Assembly (NCBI GenBank): GCA_951406725.2
Contig: OX597817.1
Span: 91,450,001-91,514,000 of the forward strand
Origin: Octopus vulgaris
Lineage: Eukaryota
DNA: 64,000 nt
Direction of reading: 5' to 3'
Each line of letters begins with the position of its first letter. The stretch's first letter is position 1. Shown here one piece after another: positions 11,839 through 24,434 of this stretch. The translations under genes were made by a program, and so were the position numbers. Under the pieces are notes generated by a model. The model did no database searches and had not been told where the DNA came from. It worked only from the letters and a program-made list of their open reading frames with translations.

Positions 11839-13974
11839 ATTTAACCAACCATATCCAGTCCAAATGTTCAAACCAGCAAGATCCAGCCTTTTACATTTAT
11901 GTTACAATGTCATTCTTAAAATGAACAATCACATCATCAACCTCTTGAAGTTATGAGATAAGGCATAATAAATTCAAAGGAATGCAAATAAATAAGTATT
12001 GCATTTGACAGAATAAACCAAATGCTAAAGAGTTAACTGATTGAGCAGACCTAAGATTAAAGGTGTTCCAGTCATGACTGTCCTAACTTTTTTATGGGTA
12101 TATAAGAAAATAACATTATCCAGTATTGTCCTATTACATACCCTATTTAGGGCAATAGTATATAATTTGATGGAGATTTGGTTGTTATTTCCTGCAGGCC
12201 AAGTAGCCACCTAAAAGTTCTCTCAGTAAAGCAGTTACAATATAAGGTGACATTCTGAGAAAGCATTAGAGTCAACTGATATTCCATAATAACATTATTA
12301 TAAAACAATTATAAAACATATATTTCTATAGAACACAGCAATTATTTCATTTCAGTTTTGTTATAAAAATATCATTATTACTGATATTGTGTTGTTATCA
12401 TAAAACAATTATCAAATATCGTATTTTATACAAATATCACCTTCCGTCTGATACCATCACAACACAATTTATCATGGAAACAATTATACAGAATTTCACA
12501 ATATTTTATATAAATTATCATCATTGGTTTTTAAAATCCAGTTCCACATGCTTCCATGGAAATGATGAAATTTGCTGAGGCAGATTTTCTACTGCTGGAT
12601 GTTCTTGCTGGTACTAATTCTCACCTGTTTTCAAGCACATGGCTGCTTTGTAAGAAGCTTGCTTCCCAACAAAATGGTTCTGGGTTCAGTCCCACTGCGT
12701 GACACCTTGGGCAAATATCTTCTACCAAAGCAAAGCTTTGAGAGTGGATTTGGTAGACAGAAACTGAAAGAAGATCATTCTATATATATATGTATGAGTG
12801 TGTGTCTCTGTGTGTATGCTCATATGTGTGAGTTGTCTTTATCCCCCACCACTGCTTGACAACTGGAGTTTGTGTATTTACATCCCTGTAACTTAGTGGT
12901 TTGGCAAAAGAGACCTATAGAATAAGTATCAGGCTTAAAAAAATAAGAACTGGTGTCAACAAGGTCAACTAAAAAATTCCTCAAAGCAGTGCCCCAGCAT
13001 GGCCACAGTATACTGACAGTAAACAAGTAAAAGATAAAAGATAAACCGTCTAAGGCGGGGAATTGGCAGAAACGACTTTCCCTGCTCTCTTGAAATTGTG
13101 GCCTTTTGCCAAAATTTGAAAGCAATATTTTTCCCAATCTTTCAAGCACATCCAGCAAAGTGGCTGAACATGTTTTCACAGAAGAAGACTGCAAACAATC
13201 ATCATTGCTTGTATGATGCTAATGTTTGATGATGAATTTTAATGGTGATGTTTGATGATGTTTAACCAATGCCAAGACAGATACACTCACACACACACAC
13301 ATGTATGACAAGCTCCCTTTAGATTTCTGTCTCCCATCCATACCAATACCCATATTTCTTTTACATAAATATTCTCACCAAGTTGATTTTACAGCATCAC
13401 ATTAATTTATAGAAATATTATTACCATCTGACATCCTGCCATATAAAACACTGTGTTTATCATGTAAAACATTTATTACATTTTGCTCTATTTTATAAAA
13501 AAATATCTCTGCTGCCTCCATAATATTGTTATCATAAACAGCTATGGAATATTGTTATATATAAACATTACTTCTATCTGATATTTTACCATAGAGCTTT
13601 CATAAAAAACAATTATAGTGTTATTATAAATATTTCATAGCCAAATATCACTGCTAGTGATATTTTATGAGCTTGATTTCATAAAATGCTTATATCATAT
13701 CATAGTAATTTATAGAAAATATCCTTGCTATAAATATTTTATCAATGTAGTTATTCTCATAAACCAATTGCAGCTTATATTTCTGTAATATCCCAGCCAC
13801 TGATGTGTGTGTGTGGAGGGTGCATGTATAACTGTATATCTATCAATCTATCTCTGTTTCTATATTATATATATATATACATACATGCATATATATATAT
13901 ATATATATATAAATATATATATACACATATACACATATACACACACATGCACACACACATATATATATACAGTA

Positions 13975-14230
13975 AAGTTTCCACTGATTTATTTATTTAT
14001 TTTTCTAAAATTTTTGCTGCGTCTTGTAACCTTTCAAATAGTCATTGACACTCAATGACTATTGAAAAGGTTGCAAGAAGCAACGAAAATTTTAGAAAAA
14101 AATAAATAAGTGAGTGGAAACTTTAGTGGTGAGGCTCTAAAACAGAATGATTCTCCCCAGACACAACAAAATAGCTTCAACACACGAACTCACATAAAGA
14201 ATCTTGCAAACTAAATCCAACAACGAAGTA
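13975..14230. repeat. Palindromic repeat with hammerhead-like motif
   Basis: Arms centred on gtcattgacactcaatgac; + arm reads CUA UUGAAAA GGUUGC-aagaa-GCAAC GAAA AUUU UAG. Confidence 0.55.
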
Positions 14231-14253
14231 ATATATATATATGCACACACATA

Positions 14254-15511
14254 CATGGGGGTTGGACAAAATATTGGAAACACCTTAAAATTTCAAATAA
14301 ATTAATTTTAATATGGGGTACGACCGCCTTTGGCAGTAATTACAGTTTGAATTCTATGAGGTATGGAATCATACAAAGTTTGAATTGTTTCCAAAAGAAT
14401 TTTTGTCCATTCTTCAGCTAAAACAGTCTCCAGTTCTTGTAGTGATGATGGTGGAATATATTATTTCCTTACTTGTTTTTCTAAATTGCACCATAAATGT
14501 TCAATAATATTGAGATCTGGGGACTGTGGTGGCCAGATAAAATATTCAACTTCACTAGAATGTTCCTTGTGCCATTCAGTAACAACTTTAGCTGTGTCAG
14601 TTGGTGCATTATCATCCTGAAAGATAGTGTTTCCCTCCAGAAACAGTTCCGCAAGATGAATTCGATCAGATAAAATGCTTAAATAGTCTTGACTATTAAT
14701 TCTGACTTGAAGGGAAACCATTGGGCCAGCGAATTTCTAAGATATAGCCGCCCAGATCATCACAGATCCTCCTCCATGTTTAACAGTTGGGAGAGAGCAG
14801 TTTGGATCAAATGATTTCTTTGGCTGTCTCCACTTGTATACTCAGCCGGTGGTCGGAAATATGGTAAAGGATGACTTGTCCGAGAAAATAACATTCTTCC
14901 ACTGCTCTAAGGACCACTGTAGGTTTGTACTCCACTCTAAACACTTTGCAACGTTTGTTTTCGAAAGTAGTGGTTTTCTGATTGCAGCCTTCCTGTGAAA
15001 TCTGGCTTTGTGCAGCTCCCAGTGAACAGTTTTCGTGGAAAGTAGGTTATCGAGGTGGTCATTAAGCTCTGCAATAATTTTGGGAGCTGTACTTTTGGTG
15101 ATCCTTTCTAAAAGTTCACGTAAGAGTCCGATGGTCCCTATCTGAAAGTTTTAGTTTGCTTCCGGAGTTTTGTTTTGATGAGGAAGTTTTTCCGTCTTTC
15201 TCAAAGCTGTCATTACTTTTGAGACAGTACTTCTTGATACACCAAACATTTCAGCTGTTTTCATTATGCTAGCACCTGCCATACTAGGACCAACAATTTG
15301 ACCTCTTTGAAAGTCCAGTAGATCTGTCATTTTACTGAATTTTAATTACCTTTTTCTGATGATAAGAGAAAAGAAACAGCAATTTTAGCAAAACATATTT
15401 AGCAACACTAATAACAAATAAAAACATAAAAGTAAACAAGCTTTTGACAGTTTTATAGATATTTCAAAATTATGATGCTAGGTGTTTCCATTATTTTTTC
15501 TCCAACCCCTG
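14254..15511 (-). mobile_element. Tc1-like DNA transposon, transposase pseudogene
   Basis: TIRs ggggttggacaaaatattggaaacacct / aggtgtttccattattttttctccaacccctg, flanked by TA. Start MTDLLDFQRGQIVG at 15330; FQDDNAP and WPPQSPDLNIIEHLW (DD34E type). Contains stops. Confidence 0.92.
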
Positions 15512-15579
15512 TATATATATATACAGGTATGTCATATTCTGTTGTCTTTTATTTAATCTTGAAAATATATATATGTGTA

Positions 15580-15875
15580 TCATCATCATCATCATCATCG
15601 TTTAACGTCCGTTCTCCATGCTAGCATGGGTTGGACGGTTCGACCGGGGATCTGGGAAGCCAGAAGGCTGCCCCAGGTTCCAGTCTTATCTGGCAATGTT
15701 TCTACAGCTGGATGCCCTTCCTAACGCCAACCACTCCGTGAGTGTAGTGGGTGCTTTTTACATGCCACCTGCACAGGTGCTAAGCGAGGCTGGCAACAGC
15801 CACGGTCGGATTGGTGCATTTTACGTGCCACCGGCACGGAAGCCAGTCGAGGCGGCGCTGGCATCGGCCACGAGT
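15580..15875 (-). mobile_element. RTE LINE 3' UTR fragment
   Basis: (cat)n-cgtttaacgtcc end plus two repeat motifs; nearly the same sequence as 31753-32050. Confidence 0.85.
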
Positions 15876-16630
15876 CAGGGAGATATACAGATCAGTTTAA
15901 ACATTAAAAAGAAGATAACTATTATGTAGAATCACCCTAATCCCTCATCATTACATAACTATTAGGTGGTTGCTACAAAGGGCACTCAAACAATGCTCGC
16001 GACTTACATATGGAATTTGTCTGGAAAAATATACATATCTATTAATTGGAAGTAAGGGATCAAAAGCAGGATAAGATAAATGATTCAATAATATATAGAC
16101 ATAATTAAATGTAAGCATAAAAGAAAAATTTAACAGCTATGAAAATTGTACACTAATACAATTAGATATAACAGTATAAAAAATATGGCATACATATACG
16201 AAAAAAGGATTTATATATATATATATCTCATCATCCAGTGTTTTAAATCCAGGTTTTGTCCCTATCAACAGGGGTGGCTGGATCTACATCAATGCCATAG
16301 CAATCGCCCGTATATATAAATGTATGAATATGGTTATGTATGTATATATGTGTGTGTGTGTGTGTGTATCTATGTGTGTGTGTGTATGTAATTATTCTAT
16401 TGATAGTGAATTTGAAGTTTTGCCAGTTGTTAGCATCATCAGAATGTCAACTTCTGACAATAAAATGCCAATAAAACTATTAAAAACATTTGATTCTGCA
16501 CTTTTAGTGAGTCCTTCATTCAGTTAATCTTCAGTTTTATTATTATAAAAACATCCTCTCTGTGCTTGTGTGTGTGTGTATGTTTGTGTGCGAGGAGAGA
16601 GAGAGCATGTGTGTGTGTGTGTATATATAT

Positions 16631-19125
16631 TACAAGCATGAAAACAGGGAAAGCCCCAGGCCCATCAGGAATTACTGCAGAGATGCTCAAAATATCTGGT
16701 AGTGCTGGCTATAGCCTAGTCACCTGTATAGTTAACCAGGTGATACACAAAGGAGTCATTCCCAGGTGATACACAAAGGAGTCATTCCCAATGACTGGTG
16801 TAGCAGCATACTAGTCAACTGCTACAAAGGTAAAGGTGACGCCCTAGATACAAATAACTACAGGGGTATCAAGCTGCTAGATCAGGTAATGAAGGTTACG
16901 GAGAGGGTTATAGCCCAACAAATTAGAGAGAGAGTTAGCTTAGATCAGATGCAATTTGGGTTCGTGCCAGGGAAAAGTACTACTGATGCTATTTTCCTGG
17001 TAAGACAGCTGCAGGAGAAATACCTAGCCAAAGACAAGCCCCTATACCTGGCTTTTGTCGATATGGAGAAAGCCTTCGGCAGGGTCCCCCGATCCCTTAT
17101 CTGGTGGTCAATGAGGAAACTAGGGATAGATGAATGGTTAGTGAGAGCTGTACAAGCCATGTACAGAGACGCTGCTAGTAAGGTGAGGGTTGGCACCGAG
17201 TACAGTGAAGAATTCAGGGTAGAGGTTGGGGTCCACCAAGGTTCAGTCCTCAGTCCCCTCCTATTTATCATAGTCCTCCAGGCAATAACGGAGGAATTCA
17301 AGACAGGTTGCCCCTGGGAGCTCCTCTATGCTGATGACCTTGCTCTAATTGCTGAGTCTCTATCAGAACTGGAGGAGAAGCTTCAGGTGTGGAAGCAAGG
17401 TTTAGAATCGAAGGGCCTTAGAATCAACCTAGCCAAAACCAAAGTCCTAATAAGTAGGAAGGTAGACCAATCACAAACGCCTTCAGGTAGATGGCCTTGC
17501 TCAATCTGTAGAAAAGGCGTAGGTAGAAACTCTATAAGATGCACCAAGTGTAAGCTATGGACACATAAGAGATGTAGTAATGTCAAAGGAAGACTAACTA
17601 GGAAAATAGTTTTTATCTGTGGCAGATGCTCAGGAGCAATAAACTCTGAAAATATGCAGAAAACAACTTCTATCACGTTTCAGGGAGAAAAACTAGAAGT
17701 AGTTGATAGCTTCCGCTACCTAGGTGACCAAGTCAGTAGCGGGGGCGGGTGTGCTGAAAGTGTAACTGCTAGAGTAAGAATAGCCTGGGCAAAGTTTAGA
17801 GAGCTCTTACCCCTGCTGGTGACAAAAGGCCTCTTGCTCAATGTAAAAGGCAGACTGTATGATGCATGTGTACGTACAGCCATGCTACATGGTAGTGAAA
17901 CTTGGGCTTTGACTGCTGAGGATTTGCGTAAACTCGCAAGAAATGAAGCTAGTATGCTCCGTTGGATGTGTAATGTCAGTGTTCATAGTCGACAGAGTGT
18001 AAGTACCTTGAGAGAAAAGTTGGGCCTAAGAATCATCAGATGTTGTGTGCAAGAGAGACGATTGTGCTGGTATGGTCATGTGGCGAGAATGGATGAAGAT
18101 AGGTGTGTGAAAAAGTGCCACACCCTGGCAGTTGAGGGGACCTGCGGAAGAGGTAGACCCAGGAAAACCTGGGTCGAGGTGGTGAAGCACGACCTTCGAA
18201 CTTTAGGTCTCACCAAGGAAATGACCAGAGACCGAGACCTATGGAAGTATGCTGTGTGTGGGAAGACCCGGCAAGACCAGTGAGAACAATCAAAATCAAA
18301 CCAAATCAAATCATATATCAGAAAGCAGTGGTTAAGTGAAGCATCTGTTCGTGTCCGCTGCCAGCCTCGCCTGGCCCCCGTGTCGGTGACACGTAAAAGC
18401 ACTATTCGTTCGTGGCCGTTTGCCAGCTCTGTCTGGCCCCCATGTCGGTGGCACGTAAAAGCACCATCCGTTCGTGTCCGTTGCCAGCCTCGCCTGGCCC
18501 CGTGCCGGTGACACGTAAAAGCACCATCCGTTCCTGGCCGTTTGCCAGCTCTGTCTGGCCCCCGTGTCGGTGGCACGTAAAAGCACCATCTGTTCATGTC
18601 CGTTGCCAGCCTCACCTGGCCCCGTGCCGGTGACACTTAAAAGCACCATCCGTTCCTGGCCGTTTGCCAGCTCTGTCTGGCCCCCGTGTCGGTGGCACGT
18701 AAAAGCACCATCCGTTCGTGTCCGTTGCCAGCCTCACCTGGCCCCCGTGCCGGTGACACGTAAAAGCACCACCCGTTCGTGGCCGTTTGCCAGCTCCGTC
18801 TGGCCCCGTGTCGGTGGCACGTAAAAGCACCATCCGTTCGTGTCCATTGCCAGCATTGCCTGGCCCCCGTGCCGGTGACACGTAAAAGCACCGTCCGTTC
18901 ATGGCCGTTTGCCAGCTCTGTCTGGCACCTGTGCAGGTGGCACGTAAAAAGCACCCACTACACTCACGGAGTGGTTGGCGTTAGGAAGGGCATCCAGCCG
19001 TAGAAACACTGCCAGATCTGACTGGGCCTGACGAAGCCTTCAAGCTTCACAGACCCCAGTTGAACCGTCCAACCCATGGTAGCATGGAAAGTGGACGCTA
19101 AATGATGATGATGATGATGATGATG
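16631..19125 (+). mobile_element. 5'-truncated RTE LINE (RT + PHD-like finger) with expanded 3' UTR array
   Basis: ORF 16766..18283 has QFGF, FVDMEKAF, GVHQGSVLSP and LYADD. A 26-bp tandem duplication (16736-16787) causes a frameshift. (GAT)n tail. Confidence 0.95.
18340..18960 (+). repeat. Tandem array of ten ~61-bp units (alternating A/B) in the RTE 3' UTR
   Basis: Motif gtg(c/t)cggtg(g/a)cacgtaaaagcacc starts at about 18380, 18442, 18502, 18564, 18624, 18686, 18747, 18808, 18869 and 18931. Confidence 0.95.
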
Positions 19126-19172
19126 ATATATATATATACATATATATGTATATATATATGTATATTTATATG

Positions 19173-19219
<47 letters not shown>

Positions 19220-19224
19220 TTTTT

Positions 19225-19500
19225 TTCTGTAATTTCAGCTCAGAGCTGTGGCCATGCTGATGCACCACCGTTTTGCTACACTGTTATTACTGAGATCCTC
19301 TTCCAATATGTGACACTTGGTGAAGAATAGATTTTGATGTAGCTACCATCATTTGCACCTCTTGTCGTGAGGTAGGTTCATCTGGGACTCTCGCCAGGAA
19401 GAGGTCCAGCCTTGATTTTAAAATGCCTACATCTACTTTGTGCAAGTTCCTCAGGTTCTTTGGGAGAATAAAAAAAACGTTGAATAAAGGGAAATTACTC
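19225..19500 (-). mobile_element. 3' end of a CR1/L2-group LINE
   Basis: LFNVFFILPKNLRNL...LKSRLDLFLARVPDEP...SKSILHQ resembles typical ORF2 C-termini of this group; short 3' UTR and A tail. Confidence 0.6.
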
Positions 19501-19715
19501 CAATAGGCATGCATAGACATATATATGTATATATGTGTTTGTATGTATATGTATACACATGTATGTGTATAGATATATGTACATACATCTGTATGCATAC
19601 GTGTATGTGTGTGTGTGTATGTGTGCATATGCGTATTCTATGAACAAAGTATTACTTTCCCCATGCCTACTGGAGTAATTTCCTTCTATTCAATAGGTTT
19701 TTTTTTCATAGCATC

Positions 19716-19788
19716 TGTCTTAATAACTGATGAAATGCTGGAGCAGTCTTCAGCCCCGGCATCCGAAACTCTGAGTTTCATTATGACA
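19716..19788 (+). ncRNA. Type I hammerhead ribozyme motif
   Basis: UGUCUUAAUAA CUGAUGA AAUGCUGGAGC...GCCCCGGCAUCC GAAA CUC-U-GAG UU UCAUUAUGACA; core intact, stem I has mismatches. Confidence 0.65.
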
Positions 19789-20477
19789 ACCAACTAATTG
19801 TTACATATTATATCATAACATTTAATATTGATATTAATACTAATGACACCCTACTGTAATATCATCATTGCAACAAATATATCATATTCTAATATTTTTT
19901 AGAATGATATTTCATCTAACCCCTCTGCCTAGTACAACCAATTGAATTCCATAGCTTAGATAGCGGCAACGTTTTATTTAACTGAAATATAATTTCTAAC
20001 ATCTACAGTACTACAGATGACTTAAAAAGCACTCCAGTCTACTCTATACATCATTCTGTTGGGAGAAAGAAAAAAAAAATTCAGCTTGCAGTGGAATTAA
20101 TAGAAAAAGCTTGCTGTCATGATTAGCAACAATTTGAAGTATCAGCTGCTATACAGCTAATAGGTCTGTTACAGTCAGGTGACCAGCTTACATCAATACA
20201 AACAAACTTAATCAACTCCATTACCATCATCACCATCATCGCCATCATCACACTAATAATAATCTCAATATTTTTTTGTTGAAGCCTCTGAAATAATGTC
20301 CAAATCAGTAAATAGCGCAACAACAATTTGTCTTAATCACCTAATCACTGTGCTACAATCTAGGTATATAAGTACAATTCTTGTTTTTATCATCACTGTT
20401 GTAATGCCCCCTTCATCCATCTATCAGAAAAGAAATGGTAACTACAAATATTATTATTATTATTAATATTGATATTA

Positions 20478-21033
20478 TGGTGGTGAGCTGGCAGAATTGT
20501 TAGCTTGCTGGGCAAAATGCTTAGTGGCATTTTGTCTGTCTTTACATTCAGAGTTCAAATTCTGCCAAGATCGACTTTGCTTTCATCCTTTTTGGGTCAA
20601 TAAATTAAGTACCAGTGAAACACTGGGGTTGATGTAATCCACTATCCCTCCCCCTTAAATTTCGGGCTTTGTGTCTATAATAGAATGGATTATTATTATC
20701 ATTATTATGAAGGTGGTGAGCTGGCAGAATTGTTAGCATACTGGGCAAAATGCTTAGTGGCATTTCATCCTTGCAAATTCTGCTGAGGCCAAATTTGTCT
20801 TTCATCCTTTCAGGGTCAATGAACACTGGAGTCAATATAATTAACTAGTCCCCACCTGCTAAATTTCAGGCCTTGTGCCTTTAGTAGAAAGAATTATTAT
20901 GGCAGAATCATTAGCACACCAGGCAAAATGCTAAATAGTATTTTGTCCATCTTTACACTCTGAGTTCAAATGCTGCTGAGGTTGACTTTGCCTTTCATCC
21001 TTTTAGGGTTGATAAAATAAGTACCGGTCAAAA

Positions 21034-21074
<41 letters not shown>

Positions 21075-21280
21075 GGTAGCAAGTTGGCAGAATCATTAGC
21101 ATGCCCAGCAAAATGCCTAGCAGAATTTTTTCAGCATTATATTCTGATCAAATTCAGCTGTCAACTTTGCCTTTCATCATTTTGGGGTTGATAAAATAAG
21201 TACCAGATGAACACTGGGGTCAATGTAACTAACCCACTCCCCTGAAATTGCTGGCCTTGTGCCAAAATTTGAAACTATTA
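20478..21280 (+). mobile_element. Cluster of four head-to-tail tRNA-derived SINE copies separated by (ATT)n
   Basis: Repeated ggtgagctggcagaattgttagc...gagttcaaat...tttcatcctt...gataaaataagtacc at about 20478, 20710, 20900 and 21074; another copy at 56180-56365(-). Confidence 0.8.
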
Positions 21281-21329
21281 TTACTATCATCATCATCATC
21301 ATCATCATTATTATTATTATTATTATAGA

Positions 21330-22930
21330 CATCACACAGTTTACAATATCATGACATTGTTGATTGAAGATATTGTGTCTACCAGAGGTTTGTACCGTTT
21401 GTCAAGTCAAAACAAGGACCTCAGACAGGCACTACTTTATGCAATATGTGTGCAGTTCCAAATAATGCCAGCTTTTGCAATACACCTAGATTGTTTGGTG
21501 TTTCTAAACTTTACAGATATTTTTTCAGATTGGGTGGTATTGAAACCAATGCTCCGATGGCAATAGGGATAACCTTTATGTTCGACTCTCGTAGCTGCCA
21601 CAACTTAGCAATCTCAATTCTCAGGTCTCCATATTTATCAATCTTTTCTCTTTCTTTCATGATCATATGTTGATCTCCTGGCACTGCCATGTCAATTATT
21701 AGGCACTCTTTTTTGCCCCTCCTAAAGGTTACTATATCCAGCTTTTGGTGCTCTAATACCTTGTCTGTCTGGAAGTCATCCCAGAGTATTTTTGCCTTCC
21801 CCTTTTCATCCATTACCTTTTTTGGTGTATGTTGGTACCAAATACCCATAATCCCACATCCATACTTAAGGCATAGTAGCCAGTGGAGGTTTGGGGCTAC
21901 CTTATCATGTCTGTGCTTGTACTCTTTCTACACAAGACTTTCACAAGCACTAACTATGTGAGTCATGCTTTCAACCCTCTTCTTACACATTCTGCAGTGG
22001 TCCGTTGCACTTGTGTGGTATATATTCTTTTTCACTGATTTGGTATTCAATGCCTGGTCCTGGGCCACGATGATTAGGCTTTCAGTATTCTTTTTAGGTC
22101 AACCTTGTTGAGCCACCTCTATGAGGCTTCCTGGTCTTTTAATTTGCTTGTTTCACAGTGGAATTGACCATATAATTCCATGTGAGTAGGGTTTCTTCTC
22201 CCTCGTTGGCTGTTCTTGATTGGAATTCATGAGCACTCTCAAGTCCATTTTTGCTAAATCTTTCAGCATTAGCAGTATATTGTAGCAGGTCTTGTTTGCT
22301 GTTTATAAGATATTCTGCCATGTTTCTTCTTTCACTGCTGATGCACTCCTGTATGCTAATCAGCCCACGTCCACATTTATCCTACTTCATGTAAAGCTTC
22401 ACCTTAGGGTGGAGGGCACCATACATTATCATTATCTTTCAGGTAGTGCAATTGAGTTGGTTAATTTCTGCTTATGTCCATTTCAGGATGGGTGCACTAT
22501 TGCAGACTACAGCAATGGCCCATATGTTGATGGCAGTCACAAGGCTCCTTGAGCTGAGTTTTGATTTCAAAAGAAGTTTAAAGCACTTGAAATATGCAGT
22601 GATGACCTTGTCTTTCATTTCTTTATGCAAGACATTGTCCAGCTCCAGGATCCTAAGTTACTTGTACTCATCATCATCTGGGTATTCCATTCTCTCTCTG
22701 TTTGGCAATTCTATGCCCCTACAATTGCTCTTTTCCCCTGTTTCAAAATAAGCACCACATGCTTTAAGATACCAAATTCCATCCCTATATTCTTGCTGCA
22801 CAATTTTCACAGTCTCAACCAGCCTCTCCATTTCAGGCTCTGTTTTTGCAATCAGTTTTAAATCATTCATGAAGAGAAGGTGGGTAAGAGCGAGGTCCAT
22901 TCTTTCTCAGCTCATAGTGTGAGTTGCATA
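21330..22930 (-). mobile_element. Degenerate R4/Dong-clade (RLE) LINE fragment
   Basis: HLLFMNDLKL (degenerate YMDD) and ILWD...KLDIV...LIIDMAVPGD...EKIDKY restriction-like endonuclease; ends in a TAA microsatellite. Confidence 0.85.
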
Positions 22931-22959
22931 GGAACTCAAGACTCAAATGTGATGATCAT

Positions 22960-23480
22960 TGAGTGATGTTACCTTCAGAGAAACTCTTGGTATTTCTGAG
23001 GATGAACTAGCTAGTCTGTTTGGGAGTACCTTTGGACTGGGTATTTCTATAGATAACTTCCTGAAATCCTTGGCCTTGCAATGCTACCAAGAGTCTCAAC
23101 CAGTTCGATATGAACTCTACAGGCATGAGAGTGTTATAAAGTAAGGTTGTTCAAGTGGCATGCAGAATGGTGAAACTATTGTATGCACTTGTGCAATTTT
23201 TGAACATTGCCAATATATGGCGTTTTTGCCAAAAGCCATAGCTGTGCATAGAATGGACCTGGTTATCAGCCAAGTCCATTGAAGATTGCGCCACTACCTT
23301 CTTTAATAGGGCTGGGCAGGCAGTTTTCTTCTCTCTGGTGATTCTGGCAAAAGAGGTTGTGTGATGAAAGAGGCTGAAAGGAGTGAGGTCAGACAACTTC
23401 CTCTTTGACTTTTTCATCAACTTTTTCAAATTCCACTCAGGAAGAAAAGAAAGGATGGAGAGGGAAGTGCTCTTCTCTAG
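22960..23480 (+). mobile_element. Tx1/L1-like LINE 3' fragment
   Basis: AGQAVFFSLVILAKEVV...FINFFKFH is homologous to 56821-57198(-). Confidence 0.6.
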
Positions 23481-23737
23481 TGAATTTCTATAAAGAAGGG
23501 TGACTGTGATGAAACTGCTGAAGCATATACTTGTAGAATGGAGAACAATAGGTGGGAGAGGGATGTGCCAGCAGACTTGAGGACAACAGGTGTGTGAGGG
23601 TATGTGTGCTTGCTAGACAGTCTGATTTTGGATTTGTGGAGTTTCTTGAGGCTCTTCTGTATTGGGAGGACTGCATCATTTATGTGGCTATATATTCTGT
23701 ATACTATGTATACTTTTCATATTTATTCATATTTTGT

Positions 23738-23763
<26 letters not shown>

Positions 23764-23769
<6 letters not shown>

Positions 23770-24304
23770 AATATAAGAGAGTTAACGATAAGTGGCTAAC
23801 TCTAGTGCTAGAAATAGCTCCTTATTCTGGTATAGCCACCGAAGATTTTTTCCACAGCAGAAACAGCATTACCTTCAACGTAAGGGAAGCAAAATACAAC
23901 AAAAAGATAGATTAATACTGAACAATTGTTTCCTTATCAACATAATATGTAATTTTACTCACATATTTGTCTATAATTCATCAGCAGTATTTGTCCTCGA
24001 TACAATTTATCAGACCCACATGGGTGATGAAATACACATGCGGTCTGATCTATTGCATACATAGTAGTGGTTTAGCTTCCCGCCGAAAGCATGCCAAGAC
24101 TCCGTGGAAAACAATACCATATACAAAATTTGCTGCAGCATACTTTCAGTATTAATCTATCTTTTTGTTGTATTTTGCTTCCCTTACGTTGAAGGTAATG
24201 CTGTTTCTGCTGTGAAAAAATCTTCGGTGGCTATACCAGAATAAGGAGCTATTTCTAGCACTAGAGTTAGCCACTTATCGTTAACTCTCTTATATTTATA
24301 TATA
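23764..24304. repeat. Fold-back element with near-identical ~160-bp inverted arms
   Basis: 23764-23922 is the reverse complement of 24145-24304 with about one difference seen; spacer about 220 bp. Confidence 0.9.
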
Positions 24305-24397
24305 AATTTGTACTGTCTCCCTGGTTTCTATGTGCTAGGCCACTTGGTGTTAAACTGACGGTATTATTAAATTAATATTTAATTTTTCACCCTCATG

Positions 24398-24434
<37 letters not shown>

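Noticed and set aside
18340-18960. CRISPR array
   Set aside because: Eukaryotic context, no cas genes, spacers are related and alternate A/B, and the array lies inside a LINE 3' UTR.
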